From Octopus vulgaris (lineage: Eukaryota): a stretch of 64,000 nt of DNA. Numbering within the stretch: position 1 is the first letter of the stretch; every line of letters begins with the position of its first letter. Under the pieces are notes generated by a model. That model searched no databases, was not told where the DNA came from, and saw only the letters and a list, made by a program, of their open reading frames with translations. The stretch lies in the NCBI GenBank assembly GCA_951406725.2, contig OX597838.1:10044001-10108000 (forward strand). The letters run 5' to 3'. This document shows positions 1 through 12,810 of this stretch, piece after piece. Both the position numbers and the translations under genes were made by a program.

Positions 1-736
1 GTTTTTTTTTTTTTAAATAGCAGTGTAATTTAAAGGAGATTTGACTGTCTTTTCAGCTGAGCCAACAACTGTGTAAAGACTCACTTGCTGCCTGTTAGTG
101 GTTTAGTTCATAGTAGATTACACAGGGCTGAACTTAACCAACCAATAAAACAGTGACCAACACTGGTGCTTTCTAGTTTGTAACCCTGAGTCTTTTGCTT
201 GCATGGTGGAACAATGTTCTGTTGGGGATGGTGAAGCATTATTTTATAGTTATCAAAAAAGCCCTATTTTACTGATGTCAACAAAATATGTTCTGAATTC
301 TAATAATGTCATTATTTTATTTATTAATGGCAGAGGCATGACTGTTTGGTTGAGATGTTTGCTTCCTGATTATATGGTTTTGAATTCAGTTCTACTGCAT
401 GGCACCTTCCCAAGGAAATGAATACAAGTGGATGACACTGACACACATTTACAACTACCACACAATGTTACGACAAGGACCCACACACATGATTGGCTTC
501 TTTCAGTTTGTGTCTACCAAATCCACTCACAAAGCTCTGGTTGACCCCCAAGCTTCAAGATTTGGATGATGTGGTTGTTTATATTTAGAATGACATTGCA
601 GGGGCATGTATGAAAGACCAGACCTGCTTTATGTTAAAACTGACCAGATCCAACCTCTCATACCTATCCGACAATGTCATTCTGAACATAGAAACACATC
701 ATTGAAATCTTGAAGCCACAATTAATTCAAAGCTAT

Positions 737-1040
737 CATCATCATCATCATCATCATCATCATTTAGCGTCCGCTTTCCCTGCTAGCATGGGTTGAACAG
801 TTCAACTTGGGTCTGTGAAGCCAGAAGGCTGCATCAGGCCCAGTCTGATCTGGCAGTGTTTCTACGGCTGGATGCCCTTCCTAACGCCAACCACTCCGTG
901 AGTGTAGTGGGTGCTTTTTACGTGCCACCTGCACAGGTGCCAGACGGAGCTGGCAAACGGCCACGGACGGATGGTGCTTTTTACGTGCCACCAGCACGGG
1001 GCCAGGCGAGGCTGGCAAACGGCCACGAACGGATGGTGGT
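737..1040 (-). mobile_element. Non-LTR retroelement 3' end / SINE with (GAT)n tail and an internal ~62-bp tandem duplication
   Basis: (CAT)n followed by ...GGCTGGATGCCCTTCCTAACGCCAACCAC. Related decayed copies lie near 16140, 19800, 27265, 39850, 40870, 42615 and 62580, with opposite-orientation copies near 15950, 27500 and 44600. Confidence 0.7.
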
Positions 1041-2151
1041 ATGTGAATAAATAAACAATATATTTGACAAAAGAATCTGAACACTAAAGAGTAATTGGCA
1101 ATTAGCTTTGTCTTTGGGATGATATTACAGGCAGAGGCATGGCTGTGTGTTTAAGAAGTTCACAACCATAGTGGGCTGACCAATGCTTTGTGTGTGAATT
1201 TGGTAGATGGAAAGTGTGTGGACACCTGTTGTGTGTGTGTGTGTGTGTTTGTTTACCTTTGTACTTTTCTGAAAATCCCTCACCTACAAGTTGTGTCAGT
1301 GTTTTCATTGCCTCAGTCAATAAATTATCTGCTGGCTCTGCACTTTCATGGGACTCTTTACTTGAAAAATAGCTAATGGTTAGCAGCATGAAAGACATCT
1401 GGCTATAAAACAATTCCTCAACGATACATTCAGCTAACCCATGCTAGCACAGAAAATGGACATAAAAACAAATGGATGGACTTGCATTCCTTGCAGCTTA
1501 GAACAGTATTTCCCAAAATGTTTCAAGAATTTTTGCAAACTACCATATGTTTTTAATCGTTCCAAAAAAATTATATTTTGACTTTTAAGATGGCAATCTG
1601 CTGTTGGAAAGGCTGCACAAATTGAAAATATTTAGGAGATGTAAAATATTCTGATAAACTGTTTTGTAGGAATTATTGATTTCTTCCTGAGGCCCAAAAA
1701 AAAAAAAAAAAAAAAATCAATTTTTAGAGGGTGTGTATGATTCAGTTTGCTTCAAATATTTCTTGTGGTACTTTGAGGTGGTGGTGGTGGTGGTGGGAAT
1801 GTTGTGTTCTATCATACTGTTTAGCAAAATATTGTTGTGTTCACATGTATTTCTTTATATTTAGAAGTCTCAATTAATCGACAAGTTAAACTGCCTATAG
1901 AACAGCCCCTTAAGTATACCCAGCTATGTACATTCACACACACAGGCAGCATGACTATTTAAATTGTTGTGAATATTGTATATTGTAAATATGCCCATTG
2001 TTATGCTATCGGTGTTAGCAATGACATATTTTCAATATACAACATTCGTGATAACAATTTTGCATCTTGCTATAACGCTAACATGTTTACATGTCTTACA
2101 TGAGGATTTTATAACCCCCCTCCACACACACTCACACACTTTCTGTATATC

Positions 2152-2381
2152 TATTTCTTTACTACCCACAAGGGGCTAAACACAGAGGGGACAAACAAGG
2201 ACAGACACACGGATTAAGTCGATTATATCGACCCCAGTGCGTAACTGGTACTTATTTAATCGACCCCGAAAGGATGAAAGGCAAAGTCGACCTCGGCGGA
2301 ATTTGAACACAGAACGTAACGGCAGACGAAATGCAGCTACGCATTTCGCCCGACGTGCTAAGGTTTCTGCCAGCTCGCCGC
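2152..2381 (-). mobile_element. tRNA-derived SINE, family B (head AAGGYGGCGAGCTGGCAGAA), with 13-bp TSD
   Basis: Near-identical reverse complement of 45966-46188; flanked by CTTTCTGTATATC at 2139-2151 and 2382-2394. Confidence 0.9.
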
Positions 2382-2479
2382 CTTTCTGTATATCAAGTAC
2401 TTCTCCTAAAGATCTCTTCATTATGGGTTTGAGTATGTTCTTTTTGTTTTTCCACCTCACCATTGCTAGTCTGTCTCAC

Positions 2480-3560
2480 ACCAAGAGAGGTAACTACCAT
2501 TAAAAGTGATCTTCATCATCAATTTTGCCAACATTGTCCTTTGCTTTGGCGGGGCTTAAGACAATTATTCCCAATCTCAGCAAACCACTAGAGGTATTCA
2601 TAGTGATTTCTTTAAACTCGTTATATATCTTAATCTGGTGATAAGCACATTGGAGATTAAATTTTGCAAAATATTTCATCATCCTAGCTAACGAGTGAAA
2701 GGCAGATTCAGGGTTAGGGTTGAATAAGAATTCAAGCAAATCTGGTGATTACTTTATAATCATTGCAGATACGTAAATCTCCTCTGATTTTTTTACAACT
2801 ATATCAGAGAAGACCGACTTAACTACCACCAGGTAGAGCATGCTTTTATATGCTCTGTTAAATCATTCCTTGTAATTTAATACTAGTGGAAAAACTATGA
2901 ACTTTTCTAAGATTCTTTCATTTCAGCAAGTCAGTCTTCCACCTCAGATGACAATGAAGCTGATTAATATTGTACTATTAATATGTAATACAATATTGAT
3001 ATGTAATACATGCCACCTTAAATATATTTAGTCACGTACAAGCACAAAAGCATGTACTAATATTGATGTTTCAATGACATGCCACAGTCCACAACCACTG
3101 GTGTAATTTCATATTGAATTCCTGTTTCTAGAGTGCTGTCAGCGAATACCCAGCCTTTTAAAAATTGATCAATTAAACTGGCCAAGTAGCTGATTGCTTT
3201 TGTAAAGTTGGCCAATGAGGACACCACATGAAATTAAAGGTAATCTCGCTAGTGGTATCTCCTTGCATATCTAAACAGATGTTATACTAAGTTTATCTTG
3301 GAAAGAACTAGTTGTCTTTCCTCTTTGCTCTGTGTCAAAGCTTTGCAATATTCCATATTTTTCAAGTAGAAGCAGGAGAATGACTCTTTTTGTTGCATAA
3401 TTTACATTCAGAAAATTTCTTCCTTTTGGTCAGGCAACTCTTGACCCAGCTTCCTAAGAAATATCGACTCTGTTAAAGTTCAGTATCATTCCATGTCCAT
3501 GTGTGAAATTTTTGACATACTTCCCAACTGCAGCTGTTCCAACTGCCTTGATCTGTGGGA
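2480..3560 (-). mobile_element. Old Gypsy-like pol/gag remnant
   Basis: ORF 2500-2739 reads KYFAKFNLQCAYHQIKI...TMNTSSGLLR, resembling the Gypsy RT FSKxDLxxAYHQI motif. A CKLCNKKSH knuckle-like remnant lies near 3385-3410. Boundaries approximate. Confidence 0.6.
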
Positions 3561-3608
3561 TGTATAATAAATGCTCTCAATGAGTTCATTTGTATCAGTT
3601 CCTCTTAA

Positions 3609-3819
3609 CCCTTTTGTTACCAACCCGGCTGAAACCGGCTCTAGCAGTGAGTATAAATGTTTTGTTTTCATAAGTTTTGAATTGAAATCTTCCACCAAAC
3701 CTTAGTCACAATTTATCACTAGCTTAATGATAACAGTTAATTTACAAAATTCTTTTGTTATATTTAAAGTAATTGAAAGAAACACAGAGCATCTCAAAAT
3801 AAATACAGTAACGAAAGGG
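3609..3819. mobile_element. TTAA-flanked MITE family 1 (piggyBac-like; TIR CCCTTTCGTTAC)
   Basis: TTAA|CCCTTTTGTTAC...GTAACGAAAGGG|TTAA, ~215 bp; seven full copies in the window. Confidence 0.9.
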
Positions 3820-4724
3820 TTAATCATAAAATTTAGACCCACTGTCATGACAACAATGCTGAAATTTTATAAGGGACTCAGATGATTCATGATGCAACGA
3901 CATAAATTTAGTTTTTGTTTTGCAAGGCCCAGCTTTTTTTTTTTTTAGATCTCACATTTCTCATGTTTTTTAAATTTTTTTAAAATTTTTTAATAGTGAA
4001 GCATGTGTCCTCCATTTGTTTCAGACAAACTATTGGTGAAACATTCAGTAAAAATCATATTGCTTTTGCACCGCAATGTTCTTCAATATCTTAATGCTTT
4101 TGTTTTAGTGGAGGTTGCAAAACCGCTTAAGCATGTTTCAACATGGTCAAGATTGGCCAACAGGATTTGGATTCTAGTTACAATGCAATTCTAGTTGTGT
4201 TGTGACATACAGAGCTTAAACTGTTATGGTTACATGAAGTCCTTTCCATTCTGTTGTTTCCATCAACAGATGTGTCAGACACTGCCTGTGTAGCTAAGAG
4301 TCACTTTGATACATCTGGTCAATGGCAAACACACAAGCAAATAGCAGGCACCTTTATTAACTTATGAATAAGATATTTACAATATGCAATACTCACAAAT
4401 AATTAAGCACAACACAGCATGTATTGGTTATTCTGAAATTTTTGAGATGCACCTATAATTTTTAAATTATATACTGTACTGCAAAATGAATACTAATTTT
4501 AACACATTTTTATATTCCTGTGCTGACAGAAAAATATTGCAATTATTTTGGCTAGTTTCATTTCTAATTGGGAATTCATCAGAGATCAAATGTCCTAATT
4601 TTCTGTTCACAAAGAAATTGACTGCCTGTAACAATTTATATCCAACACAAACCAGGATCCAGCTGAAATGGCCAGTCTGATGTACATAACTATGCATCTG
4701 TTGATAGTATGGTAATTTTGTGCA

Positions 4725-5055
4725 CAGGCATAGTTGTGTGAGTTAAAAAGCTCACTTTTCACCATGTGATTTCAGGTTCACTTCCACTGCACAGAACCTT
4801 GGGCAAGTGTCTTCAACTATGACCCCCAGACTGGTCAATGCCTTGTGAGTGAATTTGGTAAATGGGAACTGTGCAAAAGCTCATCGTATGTCACTTGAGG
4901 CCTAATTTGGCTTATGTACCCATGACATAGCAGTTCAGCTTAAGAGACTGATAGAATATGTACCAGACTTAAAATGAAGTACTGGGGTTGATTTGCTTGA
5001 CTAAACTTGTGTAGGTGGTGTCCCACAATGACTGAAACAAACAAAAGATAACAGA
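4725..5055 (+). mobile_element. Decayed SINE family A
   Basis: Recognisable head, CCTTGGGCAAGTGTCTT core and ATGACTGAAACAA tail. Confidence 0.75.
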
Positions 5056-5596
5056 AAAGAGGGGCAACACAGCTTAAGTTTGATAATCTGTAATTTTTAA
5101 GGATGGCATATCTACAATTTTTAAATCATAAGCCTTGCTATGAAGTTTGTTTGTAAAGGTTATCAATCTCTCTACCACATTATGCGATACATTTTATTTT
5201 GTCTTCTTTTTACGCATTCTTTATACATAGTTACCAATATCTTAGATTAGCTAAATAATAAAGAAACGTGTGTGTGTGTGTGTGTGTGTATGAGGAACTG
5301 GGGAGAGGTAAGTAGAGTTTTTTTGCTAGAGGAGATATTTAGGGTTGAAATTATGAATTTTTATATGCTTGATGGGTGTGAGTTCATCATATTGTTTAGA
5401 ATTGTATCTGTTGTTTATAATAAGATAAAAGGGTTAAGGACTCTGTCATGAAGTAAAGTTATGTAAATTACTCAATTAATGAACAATACCTTTATAATGG
5501 TAATTGGATCTATGTCTGTATACTGTTACACTTTCAGTAATTAGGCATTAAATGTACTTTGATAGTATGTAGCTCCTTTAACAGCTCACCATTCAG

Positions 5597-5890
5597 AAGC
5601 GCAGATGTAGCTGTGTGGTAAGAAGTTTACTTCCAACCACATGGTTCCAGGTTCAGTCCCACTGTGTGACACTTTGGGCAAGTGTCTTCTACTATAGCCT
5701 CGGGCTGACCAAAGCCTTGTGAGTGGATTTGGTAGACGGAAACTGAAAAAAAAAACCCCTGTTTTATGTGTGTATGTATGCCCTTGAGTTTGTCCCTCCA
5801 GCACTGGCTTATAACTAGTGTTGGTTTGTTTATGTTCCTGTAACTTAGAGATTTGGCAAAATAAACCAATAGAATAGGTACCAGGTTTAT
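5597..5890 (+). mobile_element. SINE family A, 3'-truncated
   Basis: CTGTGTGGTAAGAAGTTTACTTCCAACCACATGGTTCC...GTGAGTGGATTTGGTAGACGGAAACTG. Confidence 0.8.
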
Positions 5891-6257
5891 TTTCAAAAAT
5901 TAGCGTTATCTTCAATGGAAGACCTAACCTGAATACTTACAACAGAGTGAACTTTGTGAAAGGTACCCAGGTACCAAGTGATGATGTTAAACTAGGGTGA
6001 TGGATTAAATCTTGGTCTGTTTGTGCTGAACTGTAAGGTTCTGAACATATGAAATACGTAAATGTTATTTTTTTTTGTTTTGTTTTGTTTATTTTTTTTA
6101 TAGTTACTGCTAGAAAATATGTGTCTAAATATGTAGATGTAGTTGAGATTATAAAAAAAAATTTTCATTGTTAAATGTTTTTTTATCCTGAGTTTAAAAA
6201 AAGGAAAAGAAAACAAGATTGATTTCAGATCAGCTCATAATTTCTACCATTGGTGAT

Positions 6258-6293
<36 letters not shown>

Positions 6294-6707
6294 ACTTTAC
6301 ATGTATGTGCTTTTGCATAGTAATGAGTATTAGTTTGTGACTGTGTGTGCGTGTGTGTGTGTGTGTGTGTGTAGCAGTGAAATGTTGCAAATGGATGCTT
6401 TGTTCAGCCACCATTACAAAACTACACAGAACAAAGAATTACTTTGTATCAACAATTTACTCTTCCAATTAGTCCATGATGTACTCCACTTGGGGACCAC
6501 TTTTTTATTTTATTTTATTTTTTTTATATGTGTAACTGTTTTTGTGTTTGCATATCTGTTTTGTGTGTGTGTGTGTTTATCTAGCTTACATGTTAAGTGC
6601 TTACATGCAGTTGTGTGGTATTTGTACACATTTTGGTGTTTGTTGTGCACGAAGTGTGATGGATGGTTGAATGCATGTGTCCAGCAATAGCTTCATGGTA
6701 TATGCAC

Positions 6708-8950
6708 TGTTGTGTGAGAGTACAACGCCCCCCCCCCCCTCCCCGGCGAGAATGGACTGGACCACTACATATGAATAGTAGCAGTCTGAGTAAGTGAGGT
6801 AGTTCGTGCTAGTTCCACAGTTCATGTGTTACTAGTTCAAAGTTGGAGTTCAGCGTTCACAGTTTGAGTTAGTGTGTTGGATTGTTGGTTCTTAAAAGAT
6901 TGTTGTTACATTAACTGTGGTTACTGCCACTTATTTCGATTCTATTGTTATTACACTGTTGCAGTATCTTCATTTATCCATAAGGATATAACATCTGGCG
7001 ATGAGGATTGTTCGAAACTCACAGTGGTTATGTGACAATTTCTACGTCATGGAAAACCTATTAGTCGCAGTAGTACAGCTTCAAGAGAAGCAACCAGAAC
7101 AAGTACAGGATTTGCAAAACAAATACTACAACAACAATTGGGTTACAGTCGGGAAATCCAAAAATCCAGTAAGCTTGTTTACGCCTGACAGCGTGGCTAA
7201 CACAATTTCTGAATTTACATATAATTTGGAGGAGGGTATTATATTTCTCACATATTATAGAAGATAGGGGGAAATTTGTAACAAGTGCAAGTCATATTCG
7301 GAGCAGCAGAAAGTAAGGCTTTTACTCTGCAAGGTATCTCCTGCCGAACCTTTACATTACTGTAACTTTATTCTGCTCAAAACATTGAGTGAGATTGGTT
7401 TCCAAGAAACCGTGGAACTGCTTTCAAAAAATTTTTTGTGATAGAAGTTCATTATTCAACACCAGAATGGAGTGTTGGAACTGCTAACAAAAAATGAGGA
7501 AGATGATTTTGTTACCTACGCCAGAGTAGTCAAACTGTATGTGTGAAAATTTCAAATTCCAGGATGTCACTCAGGATATGTTCAAATCACTTATGTTCGT
7601 GCTAGGATTTGTAGCACCTTAAGACTAAGGAATTCAGGCATGGATTCTCTTGAAAATAGAGCAGGTGAACCAAGATTTATCTCTACAGACCACCATGGTA
7701 AATCTTAAACATAATGTGAAAAAAATACAAGATAAAGACTTTGCAAAAATTCAAATGTGTCGTCCTGGGGAAGCACAATCAAAAAGTGTCAGGCCCCAAT
7801 CCATGTTGTAGTTGTGGTGGCCTACACTACAAAAACGATTGTCTGTTTAAAAACAAAAAGTGCTATAGTTGTCAGAAGCTGAGACACAGGAGTTCTCATT
7901 GTAGAATAAGGCTGAGTCTCAAACAAAAAAAAATTCTAAGGTGTTTTCAACGGAGAGATTGCAATGGAAAAACAAGAAAATTTGTTCTTGTAAAAATAAA
8001 TGATGTGAATACCAAATTGCAGTTAGACACAGATAGTGACATCTCAATTATAAATGCGGATACTTGGGGGAAAAAAAATTGGTAAATCGTGATTATGTAG
8101 AACAGTAAAAATAGTGCCTGGTGTAACGGGTGATAAATTACATTTCAAAGTACCGTTCATGGAAATTGAAACCGTAAATGAAGAGTTGGACAGACTTGAA
8201 AAGAGTAGAGTCATCAAAAAGGTGGATTACTCGAAGTGGACAGCACCCATAAATGTATTTAAAAACAAAAGAGATTAGGCTGTGTCCTGGTTTCTCTACA
8301 GGTTTGAATGGCTGCTTAAAAACATACCATCATCCACTCTTTACTGCAGAGGACAATTTTTTCAAAGTTAAATTGTGGGAAAAATTGTTTCCAAATTAGA
8401 TCTGTCTAAAGCCTATTTACAGATAAAAGTAACTGAAAAATGCTCAGAGTATTTGACAATAAATACACACAGAGGATTGTACAAATACACACGATTACTT
8501 TCTGGATTAAAAGTGGCACCAGCAATATTCCAGCAAATCATGGATACTGAAATCATGGATACTGAAATCATGTTATCTGATTGTGAATTTGCAATCCCAA
8601 ACTTGGATGATATTTTTTGATCAAGAGTAATTCTCGGGAACAACGTAAAGCTGTTTAAGAAAATTAAAGTTTTCGGGTTCACTTTCAGTGAAGTAAAAAA
8701 AAACAAAGCGAATTCTCAAAAGGGGAGATGTGCAAGAGTACGATGTCCCCTAGCAAGAATGGACTGGGCCACTACATATAAATAGTAGCAGTTTGAGTGA
8801 GGTAGTTGGTTTTAGTTTCACAGTTCGTGTATCGATAGTTCAGATTTGGAGTTCACAGTTCGAGTTAGCAAAAGATCTTAAAAGATTGTTGTTATGTTAT
8901 GTGTGGTTACTGCTTCAATTAAATTGTTATTACACTGTTGCCTAAGGATT
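6708..8950 (+). mobile_element. Decayed, internally deleted Ty3/Gypsy LTR retrotransposon (Mag/K02A2.6-like)
   Basis: 5' LTR 6708-6993 (TGTT...AACA) and PBS-like TGGCGATGAGG at 6996. Internal remnants: gag, a double zinc knuckle (CCSCGGLHYKNDC / CYSCQKLRHRSSHC), protease LDTDSDISII, and RT SKLDLSKAYLQI...APAIFQQIMD...LDDI. Polypurine tract AAAAGGGGAGA at 8718-8728, then a similar 3' LTR 8729-~8950. Confidence 0.92.
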
Positions 8951-9643
8951 ATGAGAAGTATACACACACATACACACGTGTGTGTGTATGTTTGTGAGTA
9001 ATAAATATATGTCTAGTTTCAGTTATTAGACTGCAGCTATATTGGGGGCCCCACGTTGATGTTTTAGTTGAATAAATTGACCCCAATATATTCATACACA
9101 CACACACGTGTGGATGTGTATGTCTGTTTACACTCACTTACAAGCAGGAATACCCTGGTCTGTACTCTAAATGTCTTCCCAGATTTGTAATGTTAATTAA
9201 CCATTTAATGGTTGGGAGCATTATAACAGCATAGAGATACAAGCTTGGTAGGCTATTTTAACAGAAGTACAAACACAAAGGTCACAGACCTCAGCAAATG
9301 ACTGGAAGATCAAGAGACTCACTGGTGCACACTCCAGCATTTAATAACTTTTTGATGACCTCACGCAATATGTTGCCTACTGTAACCTAAAGTTATGATA
9401 AAGTTTGATAACATTTAATTAAGATTGAATGTTCTTATAAAATTATGAACCAAGTTAAATTAATCATCATAATGAGTATGCACGTCATTAATTCATTTGA
9501 AAGACATCAGTGACAAATAGGACAGAAGCAGCTTCATCTAGAATGAATGTCCAGGCTGTGGTTCTTGTAAATTGATTACTTTTTTACCCCCCAAAGAATG
9601 CATCTATTGCCATCAGCATTTTTGGAGTTTTCTTTCACAAATA

Positions 9644-10048
9644 GGCGCAGGAGTGGCTGTGTGGTAAGTAGCTAGCTTACCAACCACATGTTTCCGGGTT
9701 CAGTTCCACTGCGTGGCACCTTGAGCAAGTGTCTTCTACTATAGCCTCGGGCCAACCAAAGCCTTGTGAGTGGATTTGGTAGACGGAAACTGAAAGAAGC
9801 CCGTCATATATATGTATATATATATATGCGTGTGTGTGTTTGTGTGACTGTGTTTGTCTCCCTAGGATTGCTTGACAATGCTGGTGTGTTTATGTCCCCG
9901 TTACTTAGCGGTTCGGCAAAAGAGACCGATAGAATAAGTACTGGGCTTACAAAAGAATAAGTCCCGGGGTCGAGTTGCTGGATTAAAGGCGGTGCTCCAG
10001 CATGGCCACAGTCAAATGACTGAAACAAGTAAAAGAGTAAAGAGTAAA
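9644..10048 (+). mobile_element. tRNA-derived CORE-like SINE, family A (resembles octopus OR2-type SINE), full length
   Basis: Head GGCGCAGGAGTGGCTGTGTGGTAAG with B-box GGTTCAGTTCC, CORE-like GGCACCTTGAGCAAGTG, internal (TA/TG)n and an (AAAGAGT)n tail. The family name is from memory. Confidence 0.9.
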
Positions 10049-10049
10049 C

Positions 10050-11270
10050 CAATTCATGTTTAGAGAATAGCATTCCAAGCCACCTACCTTTATGCTGTTC
10101 TGTGCTTCTTTAGGGTCATAATCAACGAACTGCTTCATTGTTTCTATGATCTTTTTGAAGCTGTTACTAAGGAATTTAGTAGTAAGATTTCTTATGGCTG
10201 GTTTTTGGTTCTACAGCAAGGTCTTTAGGCTTCATTTTTAATGTGCTGCTGCTCTAACTCCTACAATTCTTCAACAGATAAGCTGTTATCATACAACAAT
10301 TAACTCCTCCAAATCTTCAGCATTGACATTTTACATTATATACATATTGGCAAATTTATGGATGGCTGCTGGTAGAACTTTTTTTTTAAATTCCAGGAAG
10401 TCACTGCATGCTTCTGGCCATGGTTTCTTTGAGACTCTATTCTTGCAGTTCTCAGTTACTTTGTCTCGGGCTGCTCTGATATTATCCATGGCCTTCAAAC
10501 ATTCCTGGTAGTTTTGTGTGTGTGTGTCTTTAATAAGTTGTTTAACCCTTTAGTGTTCACATTATTCTGCCAAAATTAATGCTTCTTTATCCACATTGTT
10601 TTGAACTAATCTTGCATTATCCTGTAGCTTTGAGATTTTGATGAGGTAGCTGTTAATTTTTAAGATGATATTGTAGGGTTGGTGTGAGAGACCAGATCTG
10701 GCCAGTTTGAACATAAAACAGGTAGAATACTTTTGGCCGGATATGGCTGGTTTAAATGCTAAAGGGTTAAAAGTGCATTGAAAGTAGAAATTAGCCTGCT
10801 GTTTGTATGGAGTAAGGAATGGGTGTCTTGAGTAAGTGAACCTTTTTAATAGTAATGCAAGTGTTGAGAATCTGGAGGAAGATTTTTGGTTTATGTTCTT
10901 CATAATAGCTTTCAATACTGGACAAAGTTATGAAACAAAGAGTGTGTAAAAACTCTGTTACCCAGACATTCTTGGATTGATTTTGAAATCAGTCAGAGGA
11001 ATTAAATGAGCCTTAATTTCAGTTTGTTTCCTGAAGCATTGTTGCCAACTGGTAGAGTTAAATGGTCATTTTCAGCTTTGATCCAAGAAATGTTCATTTT
11101 CTCTTGGAAGATGAAAGGGTAGAATTGTGTTCTTTTCCAGAAAAGGTCTGTTTCATCTACATTGAATAAAAGTTGTTGGGGGGATAGTTATTACACTCTT
11201 TATTCTTAAGAACCTGGGGAAATACCTTGACTGCTTCAGTGGTTGTACTTGCAGGCTTCAGTAGACGTAT
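10050..11270 (-). mobile_element. Decayed pogo/Tigger (TIGD1-like) transposase remnant
   Basis: Manual reverse-strand translation gives FNVDETDLFWKR (Tigger FNVDETGLFWK), KAENDHLTLPVGNNASG (cf. KDRLTLLLGANAAG) and KAMDNIRAARDKV...KKPWPEACSDF. Confidence 0.8.
10546..10766. mobile_element. TTAA-flanked MITE family 2 (TIR CCCTTTAG...CTAAAGGG), inserted in the Tigger remnant
   Basis: TTAA TSDs. Related copies at 12464-12685, ~21834-22010 plus 22470-22510, ~44975-45189, ~60178-60582 (two in tandem) and 61128-61335. Confidence 0.88.
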
Positions 11271-11271
11271 C

Positions 11272-11606
11272 TTTTTCCTCTCATTTGTTTCCGTCATTTG
11301 ACTGCAGCCATGCTGTGACACCACCTTGAGGAACTTTAGTTGAACTAATTGACCCTAGCACGATTTTCTTTTCTTTTTTTTTTTTAAAGCTTAGTACTTA
11401 TTCTATTGGTCTCTTATGCTGAACCAATAAGTTATGGGGATGTAAACACACCAGCACTGGTTGTCAAGACAGACATATACACAAAGGGCCTACAAGGCTT
11501 TAGTTGGCTCTAGGCTATAGTAGAAGACACTTGCCCAAGGTGAGAATGAACCCAGAACCATGTGGTTGGGAAGTAAACTTCTTAACACACAGTCACCCCT
11601 GAGCCT
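11272..11606 (-). mobile_element. Decayed SINE family A between the Tigger and Helitron remnants
   Basis: GTCATTTGACTGCAGCCATGCTG tail and GAAGACACTTGCCCAAGG core on the reverse strand. Confidence 0.8.
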
Positions 11607-12336
11607 AGATACAGTGTAAGTTATGTTGTCATTTGAATATATCCAACCAACTTCTACTTGTTGAGTATGCTTCTGATTTGCTCAGTTCACTTCTGTTTTC
11701 TCTGGGAGTGGTAGTTGAAAGTCTCCTGCTGAGATGACTTACTCTACTGGGAGGAGAATTTCTTCCCACAGCATTAAGAATCTGATTCAAAGCCTCAAAA
11801 TTAACTTCATGGGACATAGTGTACTCATTAAGCATTATCGTCAAATTCTGTTTTAGCACTAAATGCACTTTCTGTTTCTTACGGGTTGCTGTGTCGTGGA
11901 TGGTGTAATTCAATGCCGAATTGAGTGCACTATGAGCTGTTTTGCCATCAGACAGTGTAGTGGCAAAGATACCTGAAAATGCAGCTGTCATAGTAACAAC
12001 CCTGTACTTCTATACTTCAGTCAGCAGCAGCTTCAAGAGAAAGGCATTTCTTGTTCCACTAAGTTCATCGAAAAAGACCATTTTTTTGTTCTGAATATGA
12101 CCCTCAAGTAGCTTAGACTCACTTTCAGCCATAAAATGAGTAGAGAGAGTGATGACAGATGGATGACAAGGCTGAGTGAATGTGTGAAGGGAACAAAAGT
12201 ATAATAGAAAAAAAAAAAACAGGGTGATTGGAGGGAAAGTAGTGATGGATGGTGACAGAGGTAGACAGTAGTGTGTTAGATGTGGATATGGTAGTGTATT
12301 GGATGGAAACATTTCTGCTGTGTTCTTTTGTATAGA

Positions 12337-12810
12337 GAAGACTCCATTCTTGCAGTTCTCAATTACCTTGTCTCGGGCTGCTCTGATATTATCCATGGCC
12401 TTCAAATATTCCTGATAGTTTTGTGTGTTTGTGTGTGTAATGTCTCTTTAATAAGTTGTTTAACCCTTTAGTGTTCGCATTATTCTGCCAAAGTTAATGC
12501 CTTTTAATCCACATTGTTTTGAACTAATCATTCATTAATCTTGTAGCTATGAGATTTTGATGAGGTAGCTGTTAATTTTTAAAACGATATTGTAGGGTTG
12601 GTGTGAGAGACCAGATCTGGCCAGTTTGAACATAAAACAGGCAGAATACTTTTGGCCGGATATGGCCGGTTTAAATGCAAAAGGGTTAAAAGTGCATTGA
12701 AAGTAGAAATTAAGCCTGCTGTTAGTATGGAGTAAGGAATGGGTGTTTTGAGTAAGTGAACCTTTTTAATAGTAATGCAGGTGTTGAGAATCTGGAGGAA
12801 GAATTTTGGT
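12337..12810 (+). repeat. Direct duplicate (~470 bp) of 10431-10890
   Basis: Both copies run from AGACTCYATTCTTGCAGTTCTC through the MITE to GAGAATCTGGAGGAAGAWTTTTGGT. Confidence 0.92.
12464..12685. mobile_element. MITE family 2 inside the duplicated segment
   Basis: Same element and same flanks as 10546-10766. Confidence 0.88.

Noticed and set aside
9644-9720. tRNA genes at SINE heads
   Set aside because: A/B-box-like motifs only, no full cloverleaf, and each continues into SINE body.
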